Source: a virus. Taken from it: a stretch of 64,000 nucleotides of DNA. Below, in pieces: positions 41,401-52,300 of the stretch. The DNA is taken from the IMG/VR virus record IMGVR_UViG_3300030117_005808, positions 1 through 64,000 of that record. One strand, written 5' to 3'. Below the pieces are notes generated by a model. It saw only the letters and a program-made list of their open reading frames with translations. It was not told the DNA's origin and did not search any database. Position 1 is the first letter of the stretch, and each line of letters begins with the position of its first letter. The position numbers and the translations under genes were made by a program.

Positions 41401-42503
41401 TGTTCTTAAGAAGGTACGTTAGGGAAGAGTTTGCATTTTTAAGGGATAAGTTGTCGAATGCAATCCCACCAGTGGTCAATGATGTTAATAATCTCATGGC
41501 ACTTAGCCCTGATTGGGTTCGTGGTGCTGTAGACGCCGAGGGTCCATATAATGTTATGGGCGACGTAAATGATCCAACCGATTATGTGATAGAGGCCGCA
41601 CCGGCCCGACGAGGCTCTAATGATTCGGTGAGTTTTGTTACAAATAATTACTGGCCGTTTGTGTTAGAAAAATATATCAGAATACACGAAAAGGAAACCC
41701 CCGGCTCCGACGTAGACAGATCTTCAAATCTTTACGACATTGTAAACATAGACGACTGGGAAGCGTACATTAAAGAAGTGGCCTCTAGAGGAATAGAGGG
41801 TGATATATCTGACTTGTGGGAAGGCTGGAGTTTTGGACTGCGATTAAGCTATCTTGTTGCCAAGGAGGATAACGCGACATTTGAAGAAGTTATGAACACA
41901 GTACCAGAGTCTGTTTCCAGAGAGAATAAGGCATTTAATGTTGTGGATCGCGCCGGAGAAACCAGATACCTTATCCCAATCGCCTCTGGCGAGCTTCCAA
42001 TACCAGATCAGAAATATGATTTGTTCACGGCAGAGTCTTACGATGTTTACTGCCTGATCCCAGAGATGCAAAAAACTCCTGAGTTCCGAACAATGTTTAA
42101 ATATATTTTCCCGTTGCCTCGTTTTATTTCTTTGATCGCGATGTACTCAACAATGGGCTTTACATCATCAATAGGCAATACCGGCTATCCAAACGAAGGT
42201 GGAGACGTATGGGAATATCCGGGTGGAAAGCCCCATAAGAAATTTAGAAAGTGGAATCACAGCCCACAGAAAGCTTTTCAAAGATCCCGTCAGGCTGCGA
42301 GAAGAGTGTTCGAAAGCTTCTATGAAGCAGCCCAAGCTCTTGATTTTGATATGTCTTCCGATAGGGATCCAAAAAACAGTGCTGATTCTTTAAGAAACTC
42401 AATCCGTCCAAAAGTTAACTTTGAAGACGGGCTTCGTTGGTGGGAAAGGGGTCTTAGAGTTAAAGGTAATCCATATAACGATGACGGCGACTTGTGTGAC
42501 TAA
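35451..42503 (+). CDS. Giant (2350 aa) Cys-rich virion-associated protein with a hydrophobic hairpin
   Basis: Uninterrupted ORF between gp5-like and gp25; ~48-aa Ala/Gly/Leu hydrophobic stretch; mostly helical acidic sequence. Confidence 0.6.
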   Translation: MSKIKREDGKSSIEEYTGAETEEGFESGSRRGRSRDGEDTGSYLDPNQDPSAPDDESEGKDTSDGSLLEDYADLYDPIDESFKFLECDPVEQVDDKPPCPVCRPNPYAYVPDYRMMENGEVFFNGKNCTQNIVLTFDAPANSVLTGATIKESREDSEVFAPAPDRQIIESTGPTVSELKSPNFKKEQKQIGIGKLLDYFNKSTEATAFIYRAKPPKDRVLAGTTAALGTGGTAAAIALAATAPASLALLVGATAAVTLGLGYAALLPKKKGYDLSTEEIDIPKELMKYATYEYHIPLQLKARTRVLISIPVEQFNRAPDRLVSEPETDFEDKLEVTFMGNDINGMIKRATSAFRVYDNELKRWRGFEGGKLVEVNSGRTSAFSLASEADKLVTFKHELDNLMEELGFSLDPFKPGKRPEKILIKFKFENEKYSIRQIHVNLPGCPVVKVGPRGKFKGLYEKYTKKSPLGRSRTLHYVGALPEIDIALTARTPMPWLEVTTKFTYPPLEIQNGINSNTMFNDPTMLGCLINSNLADERVDDFFNDITGLLDGFDDLFLAKLGEFSCKTREQLQDDLTVLQNFDNVFTAQSKRVLTQLRNELRADDPYLDIVVQEMFPAQTAWGELSPQQQAAEIKEHGSLKAAKESNAPKDVQEKFFVRLNDRLGHCGWIALTMRAIDCVAQGITGDAATKLLAEAAFDAMEDAALTRSFLGLSPEAQQKVVDSMRNNFGDMPAPWDTDYQPGNYTGAGFSVSPLSADQKNFLDEEGGQEAVDEALADVREAEADTPPKPLSQRGSGGTYGRALGGVQKEAYDALKQSMFDALGAEELLEAANQLPGAPIISQILKRVACRQTPLIYSEPKLDSFLSTVEFDFCQWDSDMTFPEFGILSIPDLFARLLKALEEAIIETAVAIAMQVVKLILEKIFSLACDALALLGANLLDLTNGNNHFRNLLKDNLCPDASQEDMNDTIKNLFDALGDPDQDCLERLTNDEMGDFIDDISLMLTQGQICQLLRGNPSDETMKMAMELAQTSGSECIRDIFSDPNAFRDFFRSLAPFIPNLNELCDNLLPNASDLDVYPCAPGTADKIEEFRCDLLQQKGLTKEECRDILDDLKDKALMDLADLADVMQNGPFANTPPMRSDADCPAAGFFPNEHPLQKALNNNISKSMMETIEKAHLRDLWGNINKGTGQGGFLNAVLSDTLGRPYKQHNWYVEHLGAPLAADFGFFDYHCDNAIMKPQEGKVDGNKNKPINVFGEELAGEEGGKSGRQSFGAGYSNGGYPPTVAAHLSKKFKNMHKNMTFSTTTKPPGFPNMASAIEEFERVQRVNEKRIDERSKYIEAWIRENDIEDRFQSKRSVLAQDLRSGITKKIFFAEFARDEDKVSTTNIARKSNPKNSAGDLAREVLLGKQVLGGVGKKGEKGVPSRSGTKGEVFIDFYAGKHQLLPLPDTSSADVVLKYGAYSTDPEDNESPYQFTIEYDYNLFDQETQRIIDDNRYKIKVTETYRTGKPSGKTKKELRKLGNQQLTTSIYQPNATGYSFPRYEFEVVSNPPGDIADFLDGLTEATPGEPLTRPTADPLGDSFETEALYNFFRSQLTDISEDQRTAVRVMDRGAFRNYFAKKEDVFDPLNINEPIKKLNLFDQLSTGFIERISTLVSTGNPNDGYKGRDDDDLSKTEKKIADKMSLDNISRAFQFGYNPDRQAKIVELDPLKFGGPIARANPDLVPPPFYVKARRFKGWLDLCDTLVPEVSGCEPESKAIYNLEDLSDLVSSLESQLTADPRLQNDPLCSQEAPCDKILSSFDAANLEASMRAIIRIYTLDVFLRTIPVFTAFALTKDNYDDLMLTFVVERMKQGLVIDGAKRTGAADNTYYYRFLEQAVNNTKRKLDAGILTAEDLTDEENAAFDRISMEIAKFYDQFDGQLECLSDAAIKGKGIFDGFFSTSAAASAVGIGAGSNRFNKGVAKNAKDRAFKDFVGRTEKDALLFLRRYVREEFAFLRDKLSNAIPPVVNDVNNLMALSPDWVRGAVDAEGPYNVMGDVNDPTDYVIEAAPARRGSNDSVSFVTNNYWPFVLEKYIRIHEKETPGSDVDRSSNLYDIVNIDDWEAYIKEVASRGIEGDISDLWEGWSFGLRLSYLVAKEDNATFEEVMNTVPESVSRENKAFNVVDRAGETRYLIPIASGELPIPDQKYDLFTAESYDVYCLIPEMQKTPEFRTMFKYIFPLPRFISLIAMYSTMGFTSSIGNTGYPNEGGDVWEYPGGKPHKKFRKWNHSPQKAFQRSRQAARRVFESFYEAAQALDFDMSSDRDPKNSADSLRNSIRPKVNFEDGLRWWERGLRVKGNPYNDDGDLCD

Positions 42504-42510
42504 CTATATA
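42502..42510 (+). promoter_or_regulatory. Candidate late promoter AACTATATA
   Basis: 20 nt before gp25 ATG, at the gene junction; WACTAYWTA motif. Confidence 0.5.
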
Positions 42511-42530
42511 TTAATGTGGAGGAATAAATA

Positions 42531-42980
42531 ATGGCTCAAGGTTTAGCAGTAGCACTGCCGCTGGAATTAGACACGACTGACGGTCCGTATAAGTTACATA
42601 AGAACTTGACCGATATGGCCGCACAAAATTTAAAAATGGTTATTTTAACCTCCCCCGGCGAGAGAGTGATGATCCCAGAGTTTGGAGTTGGCATTAGAAA
42701 CTTTCTTTTTGAGCCAAACAATAATGACACAAGAGAAAGAATTAGAAACAGAATTCAAGTTCAAGTTGAAAAATACTTACCATATATTGAGCTAGTAAGT
42801 CTTGAATTATACAAGCCACAAAGCGCATTAGTGGGCGAGACAGAAGATAATGGTTTAGTCATAAGAATAAAATATTCAATACCAGCCGCAAATGTCGTCT
42901 CAGAGTTAACCATAGACGCAGGCACCGGCGCCTCCACTTCTACTGGAGGTAGCTCTGGCGGTTCTGGCGGCGGCTATTAA
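42531..42980 (+). CDS. Baseplate wedge protein, gp25/GPW family
   Basis: NLKMVILTSPGERVMIPEFGVGI..FLFE, YLPYI. Confidence 0.92.
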   Translation: MAQGLAVALPLELDTTDGPYKLHKNLTDMAAQNLKMVILTSPGERVMIPEFGVGIRNFLFEPNNNDTRERIRNRIQVQVEKYLPYIELVSLELYKPQSALVGETEDNGLVIRIKYSIPAANVVSELTIDAGTGASTSTGGSSGGSGGGY

Positions 42981-43006
42981 TCTATGTGTTTAAATGTTTG
43001 TTTGAA

Positions 43007-43015
43007 TACTATTTA
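43007..43015 (+). promoter_or_regulatory. Candidate late promoter TACTATTTA
   Basis: Intergenic, 19 nt before ATG 43035. Confidence 0.6.
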
Positions 43016-43034
43016 AAGAGTGGAGAAACACTAG

Positions 43035-44831
43035 ATGGCTAGAAGAAATGTACCCATAGATTATACCAGTAGAGATTTTGATTCCATTAGGGATGATCTC
43101 GTAAACTATGCAAAAAGATACTATCCTGATACTTTTAAAGATTTTAGCGAAGCCTCTTTTGGGTCTCTAATGCTGGATACAGTCGCCTACGTCGGTGACA
43201 TTATGTCATTCTATCTTGATTATCAGGTCAACGAGTCATTCATTGACACGGCCGTCGATTTTAAAAATATCCTTCGATTAGCCAAACAAATGGGATATAA
43301 ATATACCGGAGCCAAAACGACTTCTGGTATGGTGTCTTTCTACGCCATTGTCCCAGCAACATCAATCGGGCTTGGTCCAAAAACAAGCCATATGCCAATC
43401 CTAAAAGCAAATACTGTAGTTAAGTCAGATTCGGGCGCCTCGTTTATCTTGACAGATGATGTTCGTTTTGATGATCCATCTAACGAAACTGTAGCTGCAC
43501 AAACAAATGCTACAACAGGAATTCCAATAAGCTACGCTGTTAAAGCCGAGGGCCAAGTAATATCAGGCATATTTAATCAAACCACTCAAACTATAGGTGC
43601 CTTTCAGAAGTTTCTCCCAGTCCGTATAGACAATGCTAATTTGATAGAGATTGTTAGTGTGTTCGATTCTGAGGGTCATGAATATTTCGAGGTTGAATAT
43701 TTAACACAAGATGTAGTTTACAAGGCTGTCCCCAATAGGGATGAAAATACAAGACAAAATGCCCCATCCCTTATGAGGCCATTCGTTGCCGCTCGACGAT
43801 TTACAGTCGAAAGAGACATTAACGGAGTTACTCTTACATTTGGACATGGCTCTGACTCGGAGTCAGGATCCCAGACGATTGCGGATCCGGCAAATGTTGT
43901 TTTGCAGAGAGCAGCAAAAGATTATACCACCGATGAATCTTTTGATCCGTCAAACTTAGTTGGAAACGATAAACTAGGCATAGGCCCTGCAAACACTACT
44001 CTAACAATCAGGTACAGGGAAAACACTGCCTCAAGTGCAAACGCTGCGATCGGATCGATCACTTCGGTGACAAGTCCTATCTTTGAATTTAACGACCCAT
44101 CTATAGCAAACACGTCAGCAGCAAGAGATGTTGTTGCAAGTATAGAGTGTTCAAACGAGGAGCCATTGGTCGGCTCAACTGCTATCCCATCACGGGAAGA
44201 AGTGAGACAAGAGGCCATGATGGCCTTCTCTAGTCAGAATAGAGCGGTAACCTCACAAGATTATGAGGCTCTTGTTTATATGATGCCCGGTAAGTTTGGT
44301 TCTGTTAAGCGTGCGAGAGTGGTTAGAGACCAAGACTCACTAAAAAGAAATCTGAACATTTACGTTATTTCTGAAAACTCTTTTGGTAAGATGGCAGCTA
44401 CAAACAGCGCGATCAAAGAAAACTTGAAAGTTCACTTAAATAGATATCGCATGATTAACGATACGGTAGATATTTTAGATGCAAAAGTGGTTAACATAGC
44501 TATTGACTTTGAGGTTGTTTCTAGTGAAGAGGTTAATAAATATGAGGTCCTTGATTCCTGCATACAAGCACTCAGGAGAAAATATTCTTCTCCAATGTTT
44601 ATAGGAGAAAGATTTTATCTTACAGATGTGTATACAGAACTCAATAAAGTGCGCGGTGTCGTGGATACTTCTAGAGTCAAGCTTGTTAACAAATCAGGTG
44701 GCAATTATTCATCCTCGGCTCTTAATATAGATCAATATATGTCCCTCGACGGTAGATACTTATCAGTCCCAGACAATGTAATACTTGAGATCAAGTTCCC
44801 AAGAATAGATATTAAAGGAACTGTGAGATAA
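43035..44831 (+). CDS. Baseplate wedge subunit, T4 gp6/baseplate-J-like
   Basis: DYTSRDFDSIR...YVGDIMSFYLD...E.FIDTA, FG.G, QNRAVTSQDYE. Confidence 0.9.
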   Translation: MARRNVPIDYTSRDFDSIRDDLVNYAKRYYPDTFKDFSEASFGSLMLDTVAYVGDIMSFYLDYQVNESFIDTAVDFKNILRLAKQMGYKYTGAKTTSGMVSFYAIVPATSIGLGPKTSHMPILKANTVVKSDSGASFILTDDVRFDDPSNETVAAQTNATTGIPISYAVKAEGQVISGIFNQTTQTIGAFQKFLPVRIDNANLIEIVSVFDSEGHEYFEVEYLTQDVVYKAVPNRDENTRQNAPSLMRPFVAARRFTVERDINGVTLTFGHGSDSESGSQTIADPANVVLQRAAKDYTTDESFDPSNLVGNDKLGIGPANTTLTIRYRENTASSANAAIGSITSVTSPIFEFNDPSIANTSAARDVVASIECSNEEPLVGSTAIPSREEVRQEAMMAFSSQNRAVTSQDYEALVYMMPGKFGSVKRARVVRDQDSLKRNLNIYVISENSFGKMAATNSAIKENLKVHLNRYRMINDTVDILDAKVVNIAIDFEVVSSEEVNKYEVLDSCIQALRRKYSSPMFIGERFYLTDVYTELNKVRGVVDTSRVKLVNKSGGNYSSSALNIDQYMSLDGRYLSVPDNVILEIKFPRIDIKGTVR

Positions 44832-46345
44832 TGGCTATTAAAAGATACTATGCAAAAATAGACAATACTATAACTAACGCTTTCAAAGAAAATTTAGTTA
44901 CTCGCGGCACAGGGTCTAATATGGGGGCCTCAGATATTCTTGAGGTGTTTTCTATTTATGGTCAAGCTAGTTCGGCATCAGCCGAAGAGGCTAGAGTGCT
45001 TATTAAATTTAATTGTACAGCATCAACAGATTCTATTAAAGCAGACAGAGATGCCGGCGTTCTACCAGCTAGCGGAAGTGTGAATTTTTATTTAAGACTT
45101 TACAATGCGCCTCATAGTCAAACTCTTCCAAAATCTTATACAATGGATGTCTCTGCAATTTCCGGCGGATGGACAGAGGGCACCGGTCTTGATATGGAGG
45201 GCTATAAAGATATAGGAATATCTAATTGGGTGAATAGGATAGCTTCTCGATCTGCTGGCGACCACGCGTGGAGCACCACCGGTGGAGACTACTATTCAGA
45301 CGCGTCGTCATCTTTTACTGCTTCTTTTGATGGTGGAGTCGAGGACATACAACTAGATATCACATCACTTGTCGAACAATGGATCGCGGCCGATAAAGAG
45401 GACGACGGCATAGGCATATTCCTGTCCAGCGAATACTCCAGCGCCGCTCGCTCTTATTACACAAAGAAGTTTTTTGCGCGTGGCACAGAATTTTTCTATA
45501 AGCAACCAAATATTGAGGCACGATGGGATTCTTCTATAGAGGACGACCGAGGTAACTTTTATTATAGTAGTTCCCTAGCCACCGCCGGCGAAAACTTAAA
45601 TACCATTTATTTCTACAATTATTTTAGGGGCCGACTTCGTAATATTCCCGATATCGGAACAGGAAACATAGGTGTAAGTGTCTTTTCTGCAAGTGCTGGA
45701 ACCCCCAACGGTTCGGCTATTCGTTTGGTTGCAGATGGCGCACATGTTCTATCAACCGGCCTGTTTGCTGTGACAGGCGGGCATGTATCAACAGGTATTT
45801 ACTCTGCGTCTTTTGCCATGACTGCGGCCACCACCCCTTTGCCCGTTGTTAATGATGTATGGTTTAAATTAGACAACGCAGTCGCCGATGCATCAACGGG
45901 TGTTCAATATGGCACTGGAACAATCGAGCCTAGAACCATTACAAACATGTACAACGCCCCCACAAATGATTATGTGGTTACGATAACAAACTTGCGAGAA
46001 AAGTATCGCCCTGATGAGACAGCACGTTTTAGAGTCTACAGTCGCCAAAAAGATTGGACACCAACTATTTATACTAAGGCGGTAAGCACGCCAGAGGTTC
46101 AAATTGTTGAAAGCGGCTCTTTCGAAGTCTTCAGGGTTATAGATGATCTAAAAGTTATACCACACGGAACGGGAAGCACACCATATTATACTTTCCTTTC
46201 ATACGACACATCCGGATCATATTTTGATTTAGATATGGCACTCTTTGAGCCCGGATATGTCCACGGTATAAAACTAGCATTCTATAACGAAGATATAGGG
46301 AGTTGGGTTGAGCAATCAGAAACCTTTAAATTTAGAGTTGAGTAA
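44831..46345 (+). CDS. Virion structural protein (beta-rich, DNRLRE-like N-terminal domain)
   Basis: DNTI...ARVLIKF...LRLY...WTEGTG...DITSLVEQW; lies between gp6-like and the giant wedge protein. Confidence 0.6.
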   Translation: MAIKRYYAKIDNTITNAFKENLVTRGTGSNMGASDILEVFSIYGQASSASAEEARVLIKFNCTASTDSIKADRDAGVLPASGSVNFYLRLYNAPHSQTLPKSYTMDVSAISGGWTEGTGLDMEGYKDIGISNWVNRIASRSAGDHAWSTTGGDYYSDASSSFTASFDGGVEDIQLDITSLVEQWIAADKEDDGIGIFLSSEYSSAARSYYTKKFFARGTEFFYKQPNIEARWDSSIEDDRGNFYYSSSLATAGENLNTIYFYNYFRGRLRNIPDIGTGNIGVSVFSASAGTPNGSAIRLVADGAHVLSTGLFAVTGGHVSTGIYSASFAMTAATTPLPVVNDVWFKLDNAVADASTGVQYGTGTIEPRTITNMYNAPTNDYVVTITNLREKYRPDETARFRVYSRQKDWTPTIYTKAVSTPEVQIVESGSFEVFRVIDDLKVIPHGTGSTPYYTFLSYDTSGSYFDLDMALFEPGYVHGIKLAFYNEDIGSWVEQSETFKFRVE

Positions 46346-46361
46346 CTAAGGTAGTTAAAGT

Positions 46362-49300
46362 ATGAGTATCAAAAAACTATTTGATTCAAATAAAACAAAC
46401 GACATACTCGTCTCAACTAATCTAGAAGAAGAGGTAGTCAAAAACGTCCCCGAGCTTGAATCTGCGGATAACGTCAGAGAGCAGATCGAGAGGATCAATC
46501 GTTTTATACCACAGGTGGATTATAGTGATCCAGCCAACTTTGCTGTTTATGGATCAGCCGAGCGATATTATAGGGATTCATTCCACAGAATCGCTACTCA
46601 ATACCCGTATGATGGTTCCGAAGAAGAGATAACTCGCTACGACAACGAGTCCAACTATCTTGACCTTCATATCCTTGAGAATGAGTATCCTAGGACGCTT
46701 GGGCACGTTCGGTTTCCTTCAAACAATCTTGGCCCAAACGCTACCGCTAACCAGTTTGGTCAGAACACCCACGCAGCAAACATTACATTTTTTGGTGGAC
46801 CAAATGCTATAGCAGGTGGGATGACAACTGGCTCATTCCACCTACAGTTCACTGGTTCCAACTATTACGATACAGATATTTATCAAACTGATGGTACGCT
46901 TGCATTAGACAGAGTTGGGTCAAGAGAAAGTAACTTAACTTATAACCTTCCTAGCAAAGGACTCACAGTTGAGTTTTGGCAAGGAACCGAAGGAAACCTG
47001 ATAGGTGGGACCGGCGCGTTTGGCCGACAAGCCAGACACGCTTTGTTTGATTTGTGGAACGGAGAAGCCTCAAGTTCGGCTCAATATGGTCGCCTAACTG
47101 TATACGCTTCAGGTTCTACAACAGCCTTTAAAGGCATTTATCTAAACGCATATTCAGGCACTGTTGGAATCCAAGAACTTAAGTTATTGGATCCTGCTGT
47201 AGCTGCTCAAATCCCACCACAATATGTTGATACTTCATCTCCCACGCCGGGTCACTTGGCTTTTGCTTTTAGTTCTGGGTCAACTCTGGGCTTAACTGTT
47301 AAGACATATATTAATGGTGTTCTAACCACAACAACAGGCTCTTCAATCGCCCTAAATGAAGTCACTGGCGCCCTCCGAGGCCGTATTGGTGCTCTCCTAA
47401 CGAATCCATCAGGCACTTCTATAGGCACAGATATGGATGGTTATGGTACCAGTATTCGCAGTGCCTACGACGAGTTTAGGTACTGGAAAGCCGAGAGAAC
47501 AGAAAAAGAAATACAACAAAACTATTGGACACAAGTTCGTGGCGGCACAAATAACGAAATAGCAAACGCAGAACTTGGTGTATATTACAAGTTTAACGAG
47601 GGCATTACAGGGGACGCAACAACTGATGCGACTGTTTTAGACTATTCTGGCCGTATTACAAACGGAACCATCACAAACTACGGCACTGATGCTACCAGTA
47701 CGCTAGTAAGAAATGCCCATCCAGCCCCCGCACGCAGTTCGCTTATTGTTGCTGCTGGAGCAGCTACATCAGAGTTCAAAGACCCAATCATTTATGCAAG
47801 CCACCCGGATGTTGTCTCTGCACTTGACAGATTGGTCGCATCTGGTAGCGTCCACGACTTTGAAAACCAAGCAAGCATAAAAGATTCTATCCCAAGCTGG
47901 ATTATAGAAGAAGACGAAACATCAGGCGGTGAAGAGTTAGGCAAGCTTACACAGATCCTCGGTTCCTATATGGATACTCTCAACCTGCAAATCCAGTCCC
48001 TGCCTACATTAGCAGACAATACATACTTAAGCGGCAGCGATAAGCCTACACCATTTATGAAAAATCTGTTAAGCTCCCGAGGCCTAGCAGTCCCAGAAAT
48101 CTTTGTGGATGCTGACCTTCTCCAGCGATTCGCCAACAGAAGCGACACCGAAAGCTACACTCTTGATATTAACGATACCAAGAATCTTATTTACAAGAAT
48201 ATCTACAACAACCTTACTTACCTTTACAAGTCAAAGGGCACAGAAAAAGCATTTAGAAACCTTATCCGTTGTTACGGTATTGGCGAAGATGTCATTAGAT
48301 TCAACGCATACGCAAGCAATCAAACCTTTGACATCCAAGAAACAAGACAAGACAGAGTTATTAGAAAGAACTATGTTGACTTTAACCACCCTGATAGGTT
48401 TGATGGCGTTGTTTACCAGAGAGGCAACAGCATTGTGCCAGAGGCAGATGGCATTTCTTTCTTCTCGGCATCCTCACCAGACGCCGCCTTTGCTCAAACC
48501 GCAGAACTAGAAGTTATATTCCCAAGAAAGTTTGAGTTCGCTAACTCACAATATTTTGATACACCTTTTGTTACAGCATCTCTCTACGGTAAAGCATCAG
48601 CATCAGCAGACCCAGCATCCTTTGACGCATCATTCAGTAATAACCCAGCCAACGCGCCTTGGCTTGTTGCTTATGCTGTTCGGACCCATCAGAATTCAAA
48701 GGACGCTTATTTTGTTCTTGATTCTAACTTATTTACAAATCCGCTCACAAGTGATATTTACTCAAACATTTATGATAATCAGAAATGGAATCTGGCGATA
48801 AGAGTTAACTCTAAAGCTTGGCCATACGCAGCATCCTCCAGTGTTAACGGTGCGTTAGATGATCAAGACATAAGTTTTATTGGATATAATGTAGAGAACG
48901 GAGTCGTAAAAAATAGTTTTGTCTTAACAACTTCATCAGTGTCTTCCAACTTGGGGCCAAGTTTACCTTACCGCTACTTTGTTGGATCACAAATAACAAA
49001 CTATACCGGTGCAGTAGACCATCGAACTGATGTTTTGGCATCCTCACTGCGAGTGTATACAACCTACCTAGATGACGATGTTATCAAATCACACGCCCTT
49101 GATCCCGAAAACTACGGAACAAGAAACCCAAGCAGAAACTTTTTATTTTACAACGACTCTGGTCCCCAACTCGCGAGCGTTGTTGGAGGCATTAAAAACT
49201 CTATCCCAGAGTCTGTTTCTCTTGCTCTTAATTGGGATTATTCGCAGGTCACCACAACAGACCCCAACGGCCGCTTCATCGTCCAAGATGCATCATCTGG

Positions 49301-52300
49301 TTCAACAGGACTAACCAGCAGATACCCGCAAGAGAATGTTCTTACAAATGTTAATAAACAGTTCGCAGGCCGAGGTCAGTTTGGGGCTAGCGCATACAGT
49401 TCAACGGATGTCATCTCCAAGCAATTTGTTCAATCAGCACAACAAAGACTACCCGAAGTTGTTAATACCAACGACGACGTAAACGTTCTATCCAGAGATG
49501 ATGAACTTTATCCAAGAGATGCGTCTATTTCGCAGACCTACTACACCTTTGAAAAGAGCATGTACGGTATTGTTTCACAAGAAATGATCAATATGTTCTC
49601 GTCTATTGTTGAGTTCAACAACCTTATCGGTGAAGTTGTCCATAAGTATCGTGGCGAGTACAAGAGTTTAAGGCTTTTAAGAGAACTTTTCTTCGAGAAG
49701 ATTCAAAACAACCCTGACCTCGACAAGTTTATTGATTACTATAAGTGGATTGATTCCTCACTCAATATTTTCCTACAGCAGTTTGTTCCTGCTTCTGCTG
49801 ATGTTTCCGATGAGATTCGCACTGTGGTTGAAGATTATGTTCTTAACCGCTCCAAATACCAGCACAAGTACCCACAACTAGATTATAAGGGCAACGCTCG
49901 CTTTGGTGGCGACGAGGCCAAGTTAGAAGGCAGAGTCAAGGGCATTAGAGAACTAGAGTACAACTGGCAGTTTGGCCACGCGCCAACAACTAACTCTCAG
50001 ACTGAACATTCTACTTGGTGGAAAGAACGAGCAGAAAGAAACAACACAGCATTTAATACCGCTGCGCTTATTGATACAGCAAGAGAAGACATCCTCAACA
50101 TCATCCAGCTATTCAACTCTGCAAGCGCCCCATCGCTTAATGACGGCACCGGAGCCTCTGGGGTATACGAAGGGTCCACTTACGCCACAAGACGCTTCAC
50201 AAGGCAATATAAGCTTGATGCAGCCATCGTCCCTGACATCGGCGGTGGCTACAACTACCCAAGGGGCCATAAGCCGGATGCTATTTATTCTATAGTTTAC
50301 GACCGGCCGGTCGACGTGTCAGGCCTGACAAACGAGGAAGCAATACAGTTTGAAAAACAAGCGACGTTCACGCTTCCAAGCGAGGAACTAAGGCCTGTCA
50401 CAAAACAAGAAAAAAGAAGAGTCTCTGCCATTAATCCAAATGGCGTGTATTCCTCCAATTTGGGACCCCAAACGCCCGGAGGTGGATCAAAACTTGTTGC
50501 GCCTTTCATAGCGTTTAGCTCCTCTGTTTCTCCTGCTGGCGGTTACGGTACACAATGGCAAGAATACAATCGTAGACCAGACGTTAGTAAAGAAGAGTTG
50601 GCTGGGTACCATAATGATTCTTATGGTGACGACTATGAAGTTCCAATGCAAGGGCCGTTTACTAATCAACACGTTGGAGGCAATAGGCACAGGCATACAG
50701 ATTTAAATCAAGGTTCTGACAATCTAAAAACTCGGGCCGAGGCTTGGCTCGTTGCCGGCGCCGGTAACGATGGCATCTTCGCGCCGGCCAAGACCGCCTT
50801 CGCCAACCCGCCTGCTCCATTGAACCCAACCGTACCCGGATCTAGCCCCAACTACCGCAGAGACCAAACAGCCAAGCGCCCTGTTAACATCAAAAACATC
50901 AAACACAGAACAGGCTCACTCGGAACCATCGCGATGGGCAACTATTCTGCAAGTTATGAAATCGTTCAAACAACCGGCAGAACTCAAAACAACTCTGCGT
51001 TTGTAAAGTCAGAAGGTATAAGAGACAACTTTACCATCTCTGTTGCAGGCGCTGATGAGGTTGGTTATATCGATCACGTCACAGACTACGCCAAGCCTAC
51101 CCGCCGTAGAGCAGCCCATGTTATAGTTAACCGCTTCTCCGCACCCGGCGGTCCTGAAACAGCAGGTGATAGTCAGGGTGGACCGGGCCTCGACTTTGAA
51201 GCAGCAGAGTTTAGCCCTTACAACAACTTAAACTATAGAAACACTACAGTCCGAGATCCATTAAGAACGCTTTTGACCGACCACACAGCGTTTGGCGGTA
51301 TTGAGTCTGGGTCTGCTGTCTCCGCGCTGAACTATACGGACGTTACGGCTAGTTATCACAAGGTTAATCGAAACCCGCTGCATCGTTTGGAAGGATATGA
51401 TAACGGACAAGAAACGGCAGTTACCGGAACAGTGTTCGATAATTATTTTGTGCAGCATATGATTCCAAGATCTGATTTTCAATATTCTTGGATAACAGCA
51501 TCAACAGATAGATTTAATGCCGCCCTCGGCGCAGCAAATAATATATATGGATATTTTCCTTACGATGGACTTGCAAGAGTTTCAAGTTCTGCTAATGGCT
51601 TTAGGTACGAAGCAGCAGTTAATTTTGCTAGCGCAAGCGAAGTAGGCTCTGGCAATCCATTAGGAGTCCAGCAAGCGACAAGGCAGATCAGATTGATAAC
51701 AAGTGCGCTGATGCAAGATGCATCATTCGTCCCAACTGACTTTGCTGGCATAAACTCAAATGTTATAGAGCCTATTAGCGCATCTGAATTTACTATTGGT
51801 TATCCTCTGGATGCGGATCCTATGAATTATTATAACTACGGACCCTTTGGACAGGTTCCAGCCTTTGGTTCAGCTCATCGTGGTGGGTTTATAACTAGAA
51901 TAAACTCTAATGTCGCCGCAAACTTTAATGCATATTTTACTATGTTGATGGCTCATAGGGGAGGTAATGTTGGGCACCCAACTTGGAAACAGATCAGAGT
52001 CGGAGAGACTCAACTTGCACGACACTATCGTAAAAATAACTTATATACTAATACTTATGAGCCTGTCATAGCATCAAGCGTGGCCGATTTGTCTGGGACA
52101 AGACAAAAAATTTCTTCAACGACCGAAAGTGTTATACTAACTCAATCTGTTGTTACCGACCGATACTTCCCAGTCGTGTTTGAGGTTGAAGCAAGAGATG
52201 ATGAGCAAAATAGTAAAGTCCTTAAATCATCAAATTTTGTTATTCGAACTTCTTTTGTGAATGATACTATTACTTTTGACGACGCCACTATAGTCAACAG

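Noticed and set aside
46343-46357. TAACTA-AGG-TAGTTA hairpin over the RBS of the 3185-aa gene
   Set aside because: Only a 6-bp AU-rich stem with a 3-nt loop; too weak to claim translational control.
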